DNA of 18,523 bases from Acidobacteriota bacterium (GCA_040005235.1 JBDTZG010000085.1:1-18523); one strand, 5' to 3'; positions 6,679 through 16,390 are shown, counted from the first letter of the stretch. Notes: a model not told the origin generated them from the sequence alone. Translations and numbers: made by a program.

Positions 6679-7407
6679 TCAGTCCTTCTGTTGTCGCGCC
6701 GACCAGCGGGCGAGATCTTCGGGGGTGTTGACGTTGGCGAAGATCTCCCGCGGCGGGCCGAACGACTGGAGATCCGCCTCGGAGAGCGCGGCGACGGTCA
6801 GTCCGGGTTCCTCCGCGAGGTCGTAGAGGGCGTAGTTTCCCGCGGCGACGCGACGGTCGAGCGCGGCGAGGGCCTTCGGTCCGTAGAGGGCGGCCAGCGG
6901 CTCGGCGCCTTCCTCCCAGCGCGGCAGCACGAGGTCGAAGGCTGCCCCGGCCGCCACCTCCGCGATCTTGGCCAGCAGGTGGGCCGGCACGGCGGGCAGG
7001 TCGCAGGCGAGCACCAGAAGGGAACGTGCCGGAAAGGCACGCGCCGCACCGAGCAGACCGGCGGCCGGTCCGCGGCCGGGACCGTCGGAAAGCGACAGCG
7101 CGCCGGTCACCAGGGAGCGCCCAGCGTCCGCCACCGCCACTTCCGCGCAGACTTGTCCGAGGCGGCGAAAAGCCCACTCCGCCAAGGTTTCGACCCCGGT
7201 TTCGCCCTCCTCGCCCTCGCGGCCCTCGCGGCCCTCGCGGCGATCGCTACGCCGGGCGATTTCCAGGGTCGCTTTGTCCCGTCCGAAGCGCCGGCTGGCC
7301 CCCCCGGCGAGCACGATGCCGACCGGCTCGGCCCCCTCCGGCGCGGCCGGGTTGCCGGTTGGCACCGTGCTAGCATTCTGGGCTTCAGACGATTCAAAAG
7401 GAGACAT
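6679..7407 (-). CDS. mobA: Molybdenum cofactor guanylyltransferase
   Basis: Motifs IVLAGGASRRFGRDKA, GPAAGL, LVLACDLP, EPLAALY and FANVNTPEDL. Start is uncertain (alternative GTG at 7365). Confidence 0.93.
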   Translation of the reverse strand: MSPFESSEAQNASTVPTGNPAAPEGAEPVGIVLAGGASRRFGRDKATLEIARRSDRREGREGREGEEGETGVETLAEWAFRRLGQVCAEVAVADAGRSLVTGALSLSDGPGRGPAAGLLGAARAFPARSLLVLACDLPAVPAHLLAKIAEVAAGAAFDLVLPRWEEGAEPLAALYGPKALAALDRRVAAGNYALYDLAEEPGLTVAALSEADLQSFGPPREIFANVNTPEDLARWSARQQKD

Positions 7408-7412
7408 TTCGG

Positions 7413-8012
7413 ATGACCCTCAAGACACAAGTCCTCGCTTCGCTGGTCCTCGTCGGGTTCGCCGCGGCGGCCGCATCCGCCGCTCCGGCGTCGCCCCCCG
7501 CTCGGGCCAAGAACCCGCGGGTGGCCTTGGAGACCAGCAAAGGCAAAATCGTGATCGAGCTAGAGGCCACGAAGGCGCCGAAGAGCACCGAGAACTTCCT
7601 CTCCTACGTTCGCGCCGGCTTCTACGATGGCACGATCTTCCACCGCGTGATCCCCGATTTCATGGTCCAGGGCGGCGCCTTCAAGACTGACATGACCCAG
7701 AAGCAGTCCAAGGCGCCGATCCGGAACGAAGCGGACAACGGCTTGAAGAACGACAAATATACCGTCGCGATGGCGCGCACCAACGATCCTCACAGCGGCA
7801 GCTCGCAGTTCTTCATCAACACGAAGGACAACGCGTTCTTGAACTTCACCGCCCAGAGCTTGCAGGGATGGGGCTATGCGGTGTTCGGCAAAGTGGTCGA
7901 AGGCTTCGATGTGGTCGATGCGATCGGCAAGACCCCGACCACGACCAAGAAGGGCTTCCAGGACGTGCCGGTCGACGCCGTGACGGTGAAGAAGGCGACG
8001 GTTCTGAAGTAG
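7413..8012 (+). CDS. ppiA: Periplasmic cyclophilin-type peptidyl-prolyl cis-trans isomerase
   Basis: AAGGAGA RBS and signal peptide. Motifs FYDGTIFHRVIPDFMVQGG, VAMART, SSQFFIN and WGYAVFGKVVEG. Confidence 0.95.
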   Translation: MTLKTQVLASLVLVGFAAAAASAAPASPPARAKNPRVALETSKGKIVIELEATKAPKSTENFLSYVRAGFYDGTIFHRVIPDFMVQGGAFKTDMTQKQSKAPIRNEADNGLKNDKYTVAMARTNDPHSGSSQFFINTKDNAFLNFTAQSLQGWGYAVFGKVVEGFDVVDAIGKTPTTTKKGFQDVPVDAVTVKKATVLK

Positions 8013-8032
8013 GCGCGGCACCTCACCCTCAA

Positions 8033-8163
8033 CCCAGGCCGTTGGCCTGGGCTAACGTGACGCGGCCCTTCAGGCCGCAAAGATCCCATGATTGGGTCGT
8101 TACGGCCTGAAAGGCCGTGTCACGTCAGCCCAGGCTGAAGGCCTGGGTAGCCAACGGCCTGGG
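8033..8163. repeat. REPIN-like element copy 3 with an extra partial terminal arm
   Basis: Arms at 8033-8078 and 8103-8147. An additional GCCAACGGCCTGGG at 8150-8163 is complementary to the left end. Lies between convergent ppiA and csp. Confidence 0.88.
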
Positions 8164-8179
8164 TGGTCTGGAGGGTCCC

Positions 8180-8389
8180 CTAGTGCTCGCGCAGAACGTT
8201 TTTAGCCTGGTTGCCCTTCGGCCCTTCAATCATCTCGAACGTCACCCGCTCCCCTTGGGTGAGCGTGCGATAGCCGTCGGCGACGATCGCCGTGTGGTGG
8301 ACGAAGATGTCGCCGCCTTCCGGTTCCGGCAGAATGAATCCGAACCCCTTGGCGTTGTTGAACCACTTGACCGTTCCTTGCTGCGGCAT
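8180..8389 (-). CDS. cspD: Cold-shock domain protein (CspD-like)
   Basis: GTVKWFNNAKGFGFI (RNP1), DIFVHH (RNP2), DGYRTL and GPKGNQA; AAGGAG RBS. The subfamily assignment is by resemblance only. Confidence 0.93.
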   Translation of the reverse strand: MPQQGTVKWFNNAKGFGFILPEPEGGDIFVHHTAIVADGYRTLTQGERVTFEMIEGPKGNQAKNVLREH

Positions 8390-8479
8390 GGAGGCTCCTT
8401 TCGCGCGCCGGAACCGGATTGCCGCGGCCTCGCAACTCAGGCGGAGGCGGACCGCTCCATTCGGTGTACCGGCTTTCCG

Positions 8480-9730
8480 TTATATTTGGCGCGATCTTGC
8501 CATCGTGCGATTGCCAAAATCAAGGGCCACGTCCAGCAGACGTCCGGCGAGCCGGTCGATCGGCACGACCTCTTCGACCGCTCCCTTGGCCAGCGCCTCG
8601 CGCGGCATGCCGTAGACCACCGAGCTGGCCTCGTCTTGCGCGAGGGTGCGGGCGCCGGCCTGGCGCATCGCGAGCAGACCGGCGGCACCGTCCGCCCCCA
8701 TGCCGGTGAGCAGCACCCCCACCGCCGCGGCCCCGGCGACCTCGGCCACAGAGGAAAACAGAACGTCGACGCTCGGCCGGTGGTGGTTGACCAGTGGCTC
8801 GGCCGACAGACGGACCGCGAGCCGGCCCCCTTCGCGCACCAGCACGAGATGACAGTCGCCCGGGGCGATCAGCGCCCGGCTGGCCAGCACCTCCGCGCCA
8901 TCCGTCGCTTCCGCCACCTCGATCGCGCAGATCTGGTCGAGCCGCCGGGCAAAGGCGCCGGTGAAGGCGCGCGGCATGTGCTGGACGATCAGCAGGGCCG
9001 GCGAATCCTCGGGCAGGGCGCCGAGCAACACGCGCAGCGCCTCCGGCCCGCCGGTCGAGGCGCCGATCGCCACCAGCCGCGGCCAGGGGGGCGAGCCGGG
9101 CGGGCGGTTGGGGATCGGAATCGCCGACCGCGGGACGGCGATCGGAACGCGGACCGGCCCGGGTTCCCGAGCGGCCGGGCGGATCGGCCCGGTGGCCGAG
9201 CCGCTCGCCGGCCCGGTCATCGGAGCCGTCGCCGGATCCCGCCGCCGGCCGGGCAAGCGGGCCTGGCTCGCGCCGCGCAGGGTTTCAAGCAAGCTCTCGG
9301 CCGACTCTTCGAGAAACGCCCGCAACCCGAACGCCGGCTTGGCCACCACTTCGAGCGCCCCGAGGTCGAGTGCCGCGAACGCGGCGGCCGTTCCGCTCTG
9401 GGCGTGGCTCGAACAGACGACCACCGGGATCGGGTCGTCGCGCATCAACCGGCGCAGGAACGCCAGGCCGTCCATCCGCGGCATTTCGAGATCCAGCAGG
9501 ATGACGTCCGGCCGCTCGCGTTCGATCTTGGCGAGCGCAAGGATCGGGTCGGCGGCGGTAGTCGCGACCAGGTCGGGCTGGGAGCCGACCAGCGCTGCCA
9601 TGAACTGGCGCATGACCGCGGAGTCGTCGACCACCAGCACTCGCGTGGGCCGCGGCTCGGTCCCCGCAGCCGGGGCGCCCGGGGCGGCCGGGCGGGGGCC
9701 CGTCGAGCCCGCGGCGCGCTTGAGCGTCAC
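8480..9730 (-). CDS. cheB: Chemotaxis methylesterase/deamidase with receiver domain
   Basis: Receiver domain (VVDDSAVMR, LLDLEMPRMDG) and catalytic motifs GASTGGP, VQHMP, HRPSVDVLF, LTGMGADGA. GTGA overlap with the cheR stop. Confidence 0.96.
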   Translation of the reverse strand: MTLKRAAGSTGPRPAAPGAPAAGTEPRPTRVLVVDDSAVMRQFMAALVGSQPDLVATTAADPILALAKIERERPDVILLDLEMPRMDGLAFLRRLMRDDPIPVVVCSSHAQSGTAAAFAALDLGALEVVAKPAFGLRAFLEESAESLLETLRGASQARLPGRRRDPATAPMTGPASGSATGPIRPAAREPGPVRVPIAVPRSAIPIPNRPPGSPPWPRLVAIGASTGGPEALRVLLGALPEDSPALLIVQHMPRAFTGAFARRLDQICAIEVAEATDGAEVLASRALIAPGDCHLVLVREGGRLAVRLSAEPLVNHHRPSVDVLFSSVAEVAGAAAVGVLLTGMGADGAAGLLAMRQAGARTLAQDEASSVVYGMPREALAKGAVEEVVPIDRLAGRLLDVALDFGNRTMARSRQI

Positions 9731-10635
9731 GGCGCCTCCTGGGCGAGCGAGGTCCGCGGCGGCTGAAGCCCCGCGGTCTCGGCGCGGCGATAGACGTTCG
9801 GGGCCTCGGGGCGAAAGTCGGGACCCGCCGCTCCCGCGAGGTTCTCCGCGTGGCCCAAAAAAAGCAGCCCGCCCGGCCGTAGATGGCGCGCCAGGCGCGA
9901 GATCACCCCGGCTCGGGTCGCGGGATCGAAATAGATCAGGACGTTGCGGCAGAAGATCAGATCGAGATCAGGGCCGACCGGATAGCGCGCCGCGGCGAGG
10001 TTGATCCGCTCGAAACGCACCAGCCGCTGGATCTCGGGCGCCGCTTTGACCTTCCCCTCCTGGTGGTTCAGGCCGCGGAGGAGAAATCGCTTCCGCAGGC
10101 TCTCGGAGATGCCCGACGCCCGCTCCGCCGGCCAGACCGCTTCCCTGGCGAGTGCCAAAGCGTGGGTCGAAAGATCCGAGGCGAGGATGTCGATCTTCCA
10201 TCCCGCCTCGACCGGCAGGGTCGAGGCGAGCAGCATCGCGAGAGAAAACGGCTCTTCGCCGGTCGAGCAGGCGGCGCTCCAGGCGTTCACCCGGCGCGGC
10301 CGTGCGCCCGCATCGGCCTCGGCCGCCCAGGCGGGGAGGATCTGCGTCGAGAGCAGCTCGAACTGCTTGGCCTCGCGAAAGAACGAGGTCTCGTGGGTGC
10401 ACAGGCAGTCGATCATCCGCACCGTTTCGCTCTCGCCCAGCTCGCGCGCGCGGTGGTAATAGGCCGAAAAGGAATCGAGGCCGAGCTCGGCGATCCGCCG
10501 GCCGAGCCGACGGATCAATAGAGTCCGTTTCGAATCCGGCAGGTAAATCCCTGATTCCTTCTGGATCCAAGCCTGAAACCGCGCGAACTCGGCATCGCCG
10601 ATCGACCGCGGCGGCTCGATCGGCGCGCCCCTCAT
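9727..10635 (-). CDS. cheR: Chemotaxis protein-glutamate methyltransferase
   Basis: Motifs THETSFFRE, WSAACSTGEEP, LASDLS, DLIFCRNVLIYFD and GGLLFLGHAE. Confidence 0.96.
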   Translation of the reverse strand: MRGAPIEPPRSIGDAEFARFQAWIQKESGIYLPDSKRTLLIRRLGRRIAELGLDSFSAYYHRARELGESETVRMIDCLCTHETSFFREAKQFELLSTQILPAWAAEADAGARPRRVNAWSAACSTGEEPFSLAMLLASTLPVEAGWKIDILASDLSTHALALAREAVWPAERASGISESLRKRFLLRGLNHQEGKVKAAPEIQRLVRFERINLAAARYPVGPDLDLIFCRNVLIYFDPATRAGVISRLARHLRPGGLLFLGHAENLAGAAGPDFRPEAPNVYRRAETAGLQPPRTSLAQEAP

Positions 10636-11168
10636 CCGGCTCCCCCGCCAGACGCCCCGTCAAACGCCCCGCCAGAGATCTCGGACATCACCGCGGCCGA
10701 TAAATCGAGCACCGGCACGAACCGATCGCCTAGATTCACCAAGCCGCCGAGCAGGTCAGACGAGATCGCGCCATCGAACCGCGGCGCGGGGCTGATCCCC
10801 TGCTCCCCCACCTCGACGAAGCCGAGCACGTTCGAAACCCAGCCCCCCAGGCGGGCCGCGCCCTCGCTCGGCCGGAAGATCAGGATCGCCGGCCGGGCGG
10901 TGGAAGTTTCGCTGGCCTCCGCGCGAGCGACCAGACCGAGCTTGCTCGCGAGATCGATCACCGGCAGCGCTTGGCCGCGCAGGTTGAGCGCGCCGAGCAC
11001 CCAAGGCGGGGCACCCGGCGCGCGGGTGATCGGCCCGGGCTCGACGATCTCTTCAAGCCGGGAAAGCTCGATCGCCAGCTCCACCTCGGCGAGCGCGAAC
11101 AGCAGGAAGCGCCGTTCCTCTTCGAATGGGGCTGCATCCTCCAGATCGAAAAGCTCGCCGTCGTTCAC
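10632..11168 (-). CDS. cheW: Chemotaxis coupling protein
   Basis: Motifs ITRAPGAPPWVLGALNLRGQALPVIDL and FVPVLDL. GTG at 11168 directly follows the MCP stop; ATGA overlap with cheR. Confidence 0.92.
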   Translation of the reverse strand: MNDGELFDLEDAAPFEEERRFLLFALAEVELAIELSRLEEIVEPGPITRAPGAPPWVLGALNLRGQALPVIDLASKLGLVARAEASETSTARPAILIFRPSEGAARLGGWVSNVLGFVEVGEQGISPAPRFDGAISSDLLGGLVNLGDRFVPVLDLSAAVMSEISGGAFDGASGGGAG

Positions 11169-11169
11169 T

Positions 11170-12957
11170 TTAGAACCGCTCGAAGTCCGGGTCCGGCCGG
11201 CCGGAGCGCGATGTCGGCCCGCCGCGCGAGATCGGCCGGGCCGTCCGCCGGCCCGGCATCGCGGCGGCTTCTGGAGGCGCCGGGGCAAACGGAGCGACTG
11301 CCGTGGCGCGCGGCTCGGGAACGCTCTCGCCGTCGGCCAAGCGGAAGATGTCCAGCTCCTGGCGCAGCGACTCGGACTGCGCGGCCATCTCCTGGGCCGT
11401 GCTCGCGAGTTGCTCTGCCGCCGAGGCGTTCCTTTGCGCCACGTCGTCCACCTGGCCCATCGCCCGGTTGATCTGCTCGACGCCGGTCGCCTGCTCGTCG
11501 GAGGCCGCGGCGACCTCCTGGACCAGCTCGGCGGTCTTCTTGATCGCCGGCACCAGCTCGACCAGCAGCCGGCCGGAACGTTCGGCGACGCCGACGCTCG
11601 ATCCGGCCATCCCGCGGATCTCCTTGGCCGCCGCCTGGCTCCGTTCGGCGAGCCGGCGGATCTCCGCCGCGACGACCGAGAAGCCGCGCCCGTGGTCCCC
11701 CGCCCGCGCCGCTTCGATCGCCGCGTTCAAGGCGAGCAGGTTGGTCTGGTAGGCGATCTCCTCGACGATCGAAATCCGTTCCGCGATCGAGCGCATCGCG
11801 GAGAGCGTCTCGGACACCGCGGCGGCGCTCGCCTCGGCATCCTCCGAGCCGCGGATCGCCATCTTTTCCATCTGCCGGCTGCTGCTCGCGTTCTGGGCGA
11901 TCGAGGCGGTCATCTCTTCGAGCGAAGAGGTAGCTTCTTCGACCGACGCCGCCTGATCTCCGGTGCCGTTGGACAAACTCTGCGAGGTCGAGGCGACTTG
12001 CGAAGAGGCGGCAGACAGCAGCCGGATGCCGGTGCGCACCTCGCGGATCGTCCGGCGCAGGTTTTCGGTCATCCGCTTGAACGCGTTGCCCAACGAATCC
12101 TTCTCCGAGCGCGGCGCCACCTCGGCGCGCAGGTCGCCGTTCGAAATCCCGTCGGCGAGATCGGCCATCGACCGTAGGTAGGCGATCATCCGGCCGAGCG
12201 CGGTCTGCAGCTGACCGATCTCGTCGCGCGAGCTGACCTCGACCTGGATGTCGAGATCGCCTTCGGCCAGCCGGTCGAACGCCTTGGCCGCGGTGCGGAT
12301 CGGCGCCACCAGCGAGCGCACCAGGTACCAGGAAAGGCCGACCAGCAAGAGCAGGCAGCCGATCGAGACGAAGGTGATCACGACCAGCACCCGCCCGGCG
12401 TTTTTCTGGTGGCCGCGGGCGGTTTCAAACGCCCCGGAAATTCCATCTTTCGCCCGCTTCATCGCCGCGGCCAGCCGCTGCTGGATGCCGACGTAGCGGG
12501 CGCGCATGGCGTCGAGGTCGCGGGTCACCGCCTCGCCCGTGTCCGCCGCGATCAAGCGCTCCGTCGCGTGCTTCGCCAGGTCGTAGTAGGCCGCGAAATC
12601 GGCCTCCAGGCTCGCCATTTCGCGCGGATCGAGATTCGGGATCTTCTTGCCTTCCTCCATCCGGGCGATCATTTCGTCGCGCGAATGGTCGGCCTCGGCG
12701 AGGAACTCCGTATCCTTGGCCGCCGCGGCGTCCTGCAGCTGGCGCTGGATCGAGGCGAGCTTTTCGCCCAGGTCGCGATGCAGCTCCCAGGCCGGGAAAT
12801 AGCCGGTCTCGATCGCGGAGAACACCTCGTCGTTCTTGATCACCGCCCGCGGGATGGCGACCAGGATGATCAGAAACGCCGCCGCGGCCACGGCGGGCAG
12901 CAGCATGACCTTGTGGACGACCTTCAATCGCGAGACCAGATCGGAGCGCAGTTTCAT
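11170..12957 (-). CDS. Methyl-accepting chemotaxis protein (2 TM, helical periplasmic domain, HAMP, short 34H-like signalling domain)
   Basis: Hairpin tip [44 protein letters not shown] motif SRDEIGQL, and methylation helices QAASVEE / NASAAEQ. Confidence 0.96.
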   Translation of the reverse strand: MKLRSDLVSRLKVVHKVMLLPAVAAAAFLIILVAIPRAVIKNDEVFSAIETGYFPAWELHRDLGEKLASIQRQLQDAAAAKDTEFLAEADHSRDEMIARMEEGKKIPNLDPREMASLEADFAAYYDLAKHATERLIAADTGEAVTRDLDAMRARYVGIQQRLAAAMKRAKDGISGAFETARGHQKNAGRVLVVITFVSIGCLLLLVGLSWYLVRSLVAPIRTAAKAFDRLAEGDLDIQVEVSSRDEIGQLQTALGRMIAYLRSMADLADGISNGDLRAEVAPRSEKDSLGNAFKRMTENLRRTIREVRTGIRLLSAASSQVASTSQSLSNGTGDQAASVEEATSSLEEMTASIAQNASSSRQMEKMAIRGSEDAEASAAAVSETLSAMRSIAERISIVEEIAYQTNLLALNAAIEAARAGDHGRGFSVVAAEIRRLAERSQAAAKEIRGMAGSSVGVAERSGRLLVELVPAIKKTAELVQEVAAASDEQATGVEQINRAMGQVDDVAQRNASAAEQLASTAQEMAAQSESLRQELDIFRLADGESVPEPRATAVAPFAPAPPEAAAMPGRRTARPISRGGPTSRSGRPDPDFERF

Positions 12958-12963
12958 CGGTTT

Positions 12964-13419
12964 CTAGTTCCCGATCCGTAGCGCCTTGACGCCCGCGCCA
13001 AGATCCGTTCCGGCCGCGACGTAGCCGAGTCCGCCGGGGGACTTGGCGACGAAATCCATCACCTCGCGATCGGAATCGAGCTCGGCGGGCGGCGTCTCCT
13101 TGCCGGAGAACAACAGCCGCTGCCAATAGCTCTTGACCGCCGCGACGTCTTTGGCGAGGACGCTTTTGGAAAACGCCGCGCGCACCGCGGCGCCCGGCGC
13201 GCGGTCGACCACCGCGACCTTGATGCCGTCGCCCCACCGCGTCTCTTTCTTGAGGAAAAAGGCGGCGAGTTTTTCTTTCGACAACGAAGCGGTCGCATTG
13301 CCCGCGTTGACCACGATCTGATACGGCTCGTCGGCGCGGCCGGAGGAAACCAGCGCACCGAAGAGAAGCACGCCGACGGCAGCGACGAAGAAGGGACGGA
13401 GGATTCGCGAGGCTCGCAT
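12964..13419 (-). CDS. Small periplasmic protein of the phosphate-ABC substrate-binding-like (half-PBP) type
   Basis: Signal peptide, then YQIVVN..N....LS, YWQRLLFSGKETPP and VMDFVAKSPGGLGYV. GGAG spacing favours ATG 13419 over 13428. Confidence 0.8.
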   Translation of the reverse strand: MRASRILRPFFVAAVGVLLFGALVSSGRADEPYQIVVNAGNATASLSKEKLAAFFLKKETRWGDGIKVAVVDRAPGAAVRAAFSKSVLAKDVAAVKSYWQRLLFSGKETPPAELDSDREVMDFVAKSPGGLGYVAAGTDLGAGVKALRIGN

Positions 13420-13432
13420 TTCGTCCATCTCC

Positions 13433-14617
13433 CTAAAAGCTGAACTGCACGCCGAATAGAAAGAGATCGGTTCGCGGTTCGAGGCTGTCGGTGGCGACCG
13501 CCTCGATCAGATCCTCGCCGTTCGGGTGGGCGAAGAGGTTGCCGTCGACCCGGTGGTAGGAGGTACGCAGGACCAGGTTCTCGTTGTACCAGTAGCTCAC
13601 CCCGAGCGAAACCTCGTCGTGCTTCTGCAGCGAGTCGAAGGTGTCGGGGAGCTCGTCGATGAATTTCGCGCGCACCCGGTCCGCCCGCAGCGCCGCCTGC
13701 CAGTGCGGGCCGAACCGGCGAGCCAGCTCGACGTAGCCGGCGTCGGTGTCAAACAAATCTTCCCGATGGCGTGCGAATTCGCCGCGCACCAGCCAGGGGG
13801 ACCGATCGAATTCGACGTGCCCGCCATAGGAAGCGAAATCGCCCCAACGGTCCCGGCGCGGGTCGGCGTCTTCTAGCTTGCCGGCGTAGGAGGAGAGACC
13901 GAGGCTCAAACCATCGACCGGGGTCTGAAAGACCAGGCGCCCGCCGAGCATTCGATCGACCTGATCCTCTGACGCCGAGCCGCCGTCCGCGGTTTCCGCG
14001 GGCGAACCGGGAAGCCCTTCGAGCGCTTGTTCAAACGGCACTTCGACGGTAAAGGCCGCGCCGCCGGCATAGGCGTCGTAGGTCGCCTCCCAGCCGCCGG
14101 CGGAAAAAAGGTTGCCGGCCGAGCCGACGCCGTCGTAGGACTCGGTGACCAGGCCGGTCGGGCCGTAGACCGATTGCGCCAGGTTGAACAGCGGGCGCAG
14201 GGTTCCAATGTCGAAGATGTCGGTGTAGATGCCGAACGGCAGGCGCGAGCGGCCGAAATGGAGCTTCGCCCGATCGGAGACCTCCCATGTCACCGCGCCG
14301 ACATCCAGATCGATCGACTCGTCGGCGTCCGTGACGTCCCAGACCGGCACGACGGTGAAGCGGATGCGGTCGGTCGGAGTGAAATCGAAATGCAGCGCGG
14401 CGACCACGTTGTGGGTTTCCGGATCGCTCACTTCGTCGCCTTGAAGATAGGTGTAGGAATTCGAGCTTCCTGCGGCCCACGAACCGTAGCCGTGAATCGA
14501 GATCTTGTCGCTCAGATCCACCGCCCGCAGGGGCAGGCCGAGCAGCAGAGCCGGCGCGAGAAGCACAGCGGCCCTGCGCACTCCCCTCAGCGCGCTTCCT
14601 TGTGATCGTTCAAACAT
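13433..14617 (-). CDS. Outer-membrane beta-barrel porin-like protein
   Basis: GGAGGAGG RBS and signal peptide. ISIHGYGS, FGRSRLPFGIY, many amphipathic strands and C-terminal GVQFSF. Confidence 0.85.
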   Translation of the reverse strand: MFERSQGSALRGVRRAAVLLAPALLLGLPLRAVDLSDKISIHGYGSWAAGSSNSYTYLQGDEVSDPETHNVVAALHFDFTPTDRIRFTVVPVWDVTDADESIDLDVGAVTWEVSDRAKLHFGRSRLPFGIYTDIFDIGTLRPLFNLAQSVYGPTGLVTESYDGVGSAGNLFSAGGWEATYDAYAGGAAFTVEVPFEQALEGLPGSPAETADGGSASEDQVDRMLGGRLVFQTPVDGLSLGLSSYAGKLEDADPRRDRWGDFASYGGHVEFDRSPWLVRGEFARHREDLFDTDAGYVELARRFGPHWQAALRADRVRAKFIDELPDTFDSLQKHDEVSLGVSYWYNENLVLRTSYHRVDGNLFAHPNGEDLIEAVATDSLEPRTDLFLFGVQFSF

Positions 14618-14677
14618 CGAGGTCCCTCCTCCAAGACGCGAGGCCCTTCTGAGGCCGGCGTCGAAAATAGCTGGATT

Positions 14678-16378
14678 TCAGCTCAGATTACCGCCCGGCA
14701 AGCCGGCGACGCGAGCGGCGGACCGCAGCAGCGACGCCAGGTCCAACACGAACGCCACCTCCCCCGAACCGAGGATGGTCGAGCCGGCCAGCCCGGGCAG
14801 CCCTTCGAACTGCGGCGCGAGCGGCCGGATGACGATCTGCTCGCGGCCGAGCAGCGCGTCGATCGCGAGGCCGACCTTGCCGCCGCTCCGCTCCGTCCGC
14901 GGCGCTACCACCAGCAGCTGCTCGCGCTCCGGAACGGTCCCCGGCACCGCCAGCAGGTCGCGCAGCCGGACGCAGGAGAGCGGTTCGCCCCGCAGGGCGA
15001 CCACGCCGGCCGAAGCGCCCTCGCCGGCCGGCCGGTCGATCACCTCGTCGACCGCTTCGAGCGGCACCACGTAGGTCTCGGCCCCCACCGCCACCGCCAG
15101 GCCGTCGAGCAGGCCGAGCGCGAGCGGCAGGCGCAGCCTGAGCGTGGTTCCAAGGCCCCTCTGGCTCTCCAGCTCGACGTGCCCGCGCAGCGATTCGATC
15201 GTCCGGCGAACGACGTCCAGGCCGACGCCTCGCCCCGACGACTCGTCGATCGTCTCGGCGGTGGATAAACCGGGCAGCAGCACCAGCCGGTCGATCTCCT
15301 CGCCCTCGATCCCTTCAACCAGCTGACCGGCGGCCCGCGCCTTGGCGAGAATCTTTTCGCGATCGAGCCCGCGGCCGTCGTCGGCCAGCTCGACCACCAG
15401 AGAGTTGCCGTCGCGATGGGCCGAAAGCAGAATCGTTCCGGCCGGCTCTTTGCCCCGCAGGCGGCGTTCGGCGGGCACCTCGATGCCGTGGTCGACGGCG
15501 TTCCTCGCCATGTGCGCGAGCGGCGCGCGGAGATGCTCGGCGAGCCCCGCATCGACCTCGACGTCTTCGCCTATGAAACGCAGGCGCACCTCTTTGCCGC
15601 GCTGGGCCGACAGGTCGCGCACGGTGCGTTCCAGGGTGCGGAACACCGGCCCGATCGGTACCATGCGCAGCTCCAGAACCAGCTCCTGAAGCTCGGCGTG
15701 GAGACGGTCGTGCTCGCGGTGAAGCTCCAGAATGTCGGCTTTGGCCGTCTCTTCCCGGGCGAGCAGATTGGCGATCCGGCCGCGCGCGATCCCCAGCTCG
15801 CCCACCCGGTCGACCAAGGTGTCGAGCCGCTCGATCGCCACGCGAAGGGTCGGCCGGGCCGCCGCCTCGGGGAGCGCCACCGCCTCGACGGTCGGCCAGC
15901 GGCCGGTCGCCTGGCTCGATCCCGCAGGCGGCTCAACCGTCCGCGAACCCCACGGCTGCGCGCTCCGGTCGACCGGAACGTCCAGGCCGTCCTCGCCGGC
16001 CAGCTGGGCCAGGCGGGAGATCCCGGCCTCGTCCTCGGACCGCTCCTCTTCGGCCCCCGCGGCGGCCCGGGAGAGCATGCCGCGCAAAGCGTCGACCGCC
16101 AGGAGCAGCATCGTGATCGATTCATCCGAGAGCTGCGTCTTGCCCGCGCGCACCGCGTCGAGATAGTCCTCCATCCGGTGGGCGTAGCGCGACAGGAGCG
16201 GAAAGCCGAGCGACGCGGCGTCCCCCTTGAGCGTATGCGCCAGGCGAAAGACGTCGTGCAGGCGATCGCGGTCGTCCGGCGTCCGTTCGAGCGCCAGCAG
16301 GTCGGCCTCCATCGCCTCCAGGTTGTCGCGCGCCTCGGCGAGGAACGTCTGGAGCAGGGCGTCGAAATCGATCGGCAT
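14678..16378 (-). CDS. cheA: Chemotaxis histidine kinase (P1-P3-P4-P5, no obvious P2)
   Basis: HPt motif FRLAHTLKG, dimerisation region LRVAIERLDTL, kinase motifs HMARNAVDHGIE, DDGRGL and SGRGVGLDVV, and a C-terminal CheW-like domain. Confidence 0.96.
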   Translation of the reverse strand: MPIDFDALLQTFLAEARDNLEAMEADLLALERTPDDRDRLHDVFRLAHTLKGDAASLGFPLLSRYAHRMEDYLDAVRAGKTQLSDESITMLLLAVDALRGMLSRAAAGAEEERSEDEAGISRLAQLAGEDGLDVPVDRSAQPWGSRTVEPPAGSSQATGRWPTVEAVALPEAAARPTLRVAIERLDTLVDRVGELGIARGRIANLLAREETAKADILELHREHDRLHAELQELVLELRMVPIGPVFRTLERTVRDLSAQRGKEVRLRFIGEDVEVDAGLAEHLRAPLAHMARNAVDHGIEVPAERRLRGKEPAGTILLSAHRDGNSLVVELADDGRGLDREKILAKARAAGQLVEGIEGEEIDRLVLLPGLSTAETIDESSGRGVGLDVVRRTIESLRGHVELESQRGLGTTLRLRLPLALGLLDGLAVAVGAETYVVPLEAVDEVIDRPAGEGASAGVVALRGEPLSCVRLRDLLAVPGTVPEREQLLVVAPRTERSGGKVGLAIDALLGREQIVIRPLAPQFEGLPGLAGSTILGSGEVAFVLDLASLLRSAARVAGLPGGNLS

Positions 16379-16390
16379 CGCCCCCGTCCC

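Noticed and set aside
6283-7416. 377 aa plus-strand ORF (and the 5562-6341 + and 6297-6572 - ORFs) with 7-residue periodicity
   Set aside because: The periodicity is a by-product of the 21 bp DNA repeat. None spans the array, there is no convincing RBS, and the two long ones run antisense to mobA or the 124 aa gene. A decayed repeat gene is not fully excluded (the minus R-N-I-P frame has only one stop).
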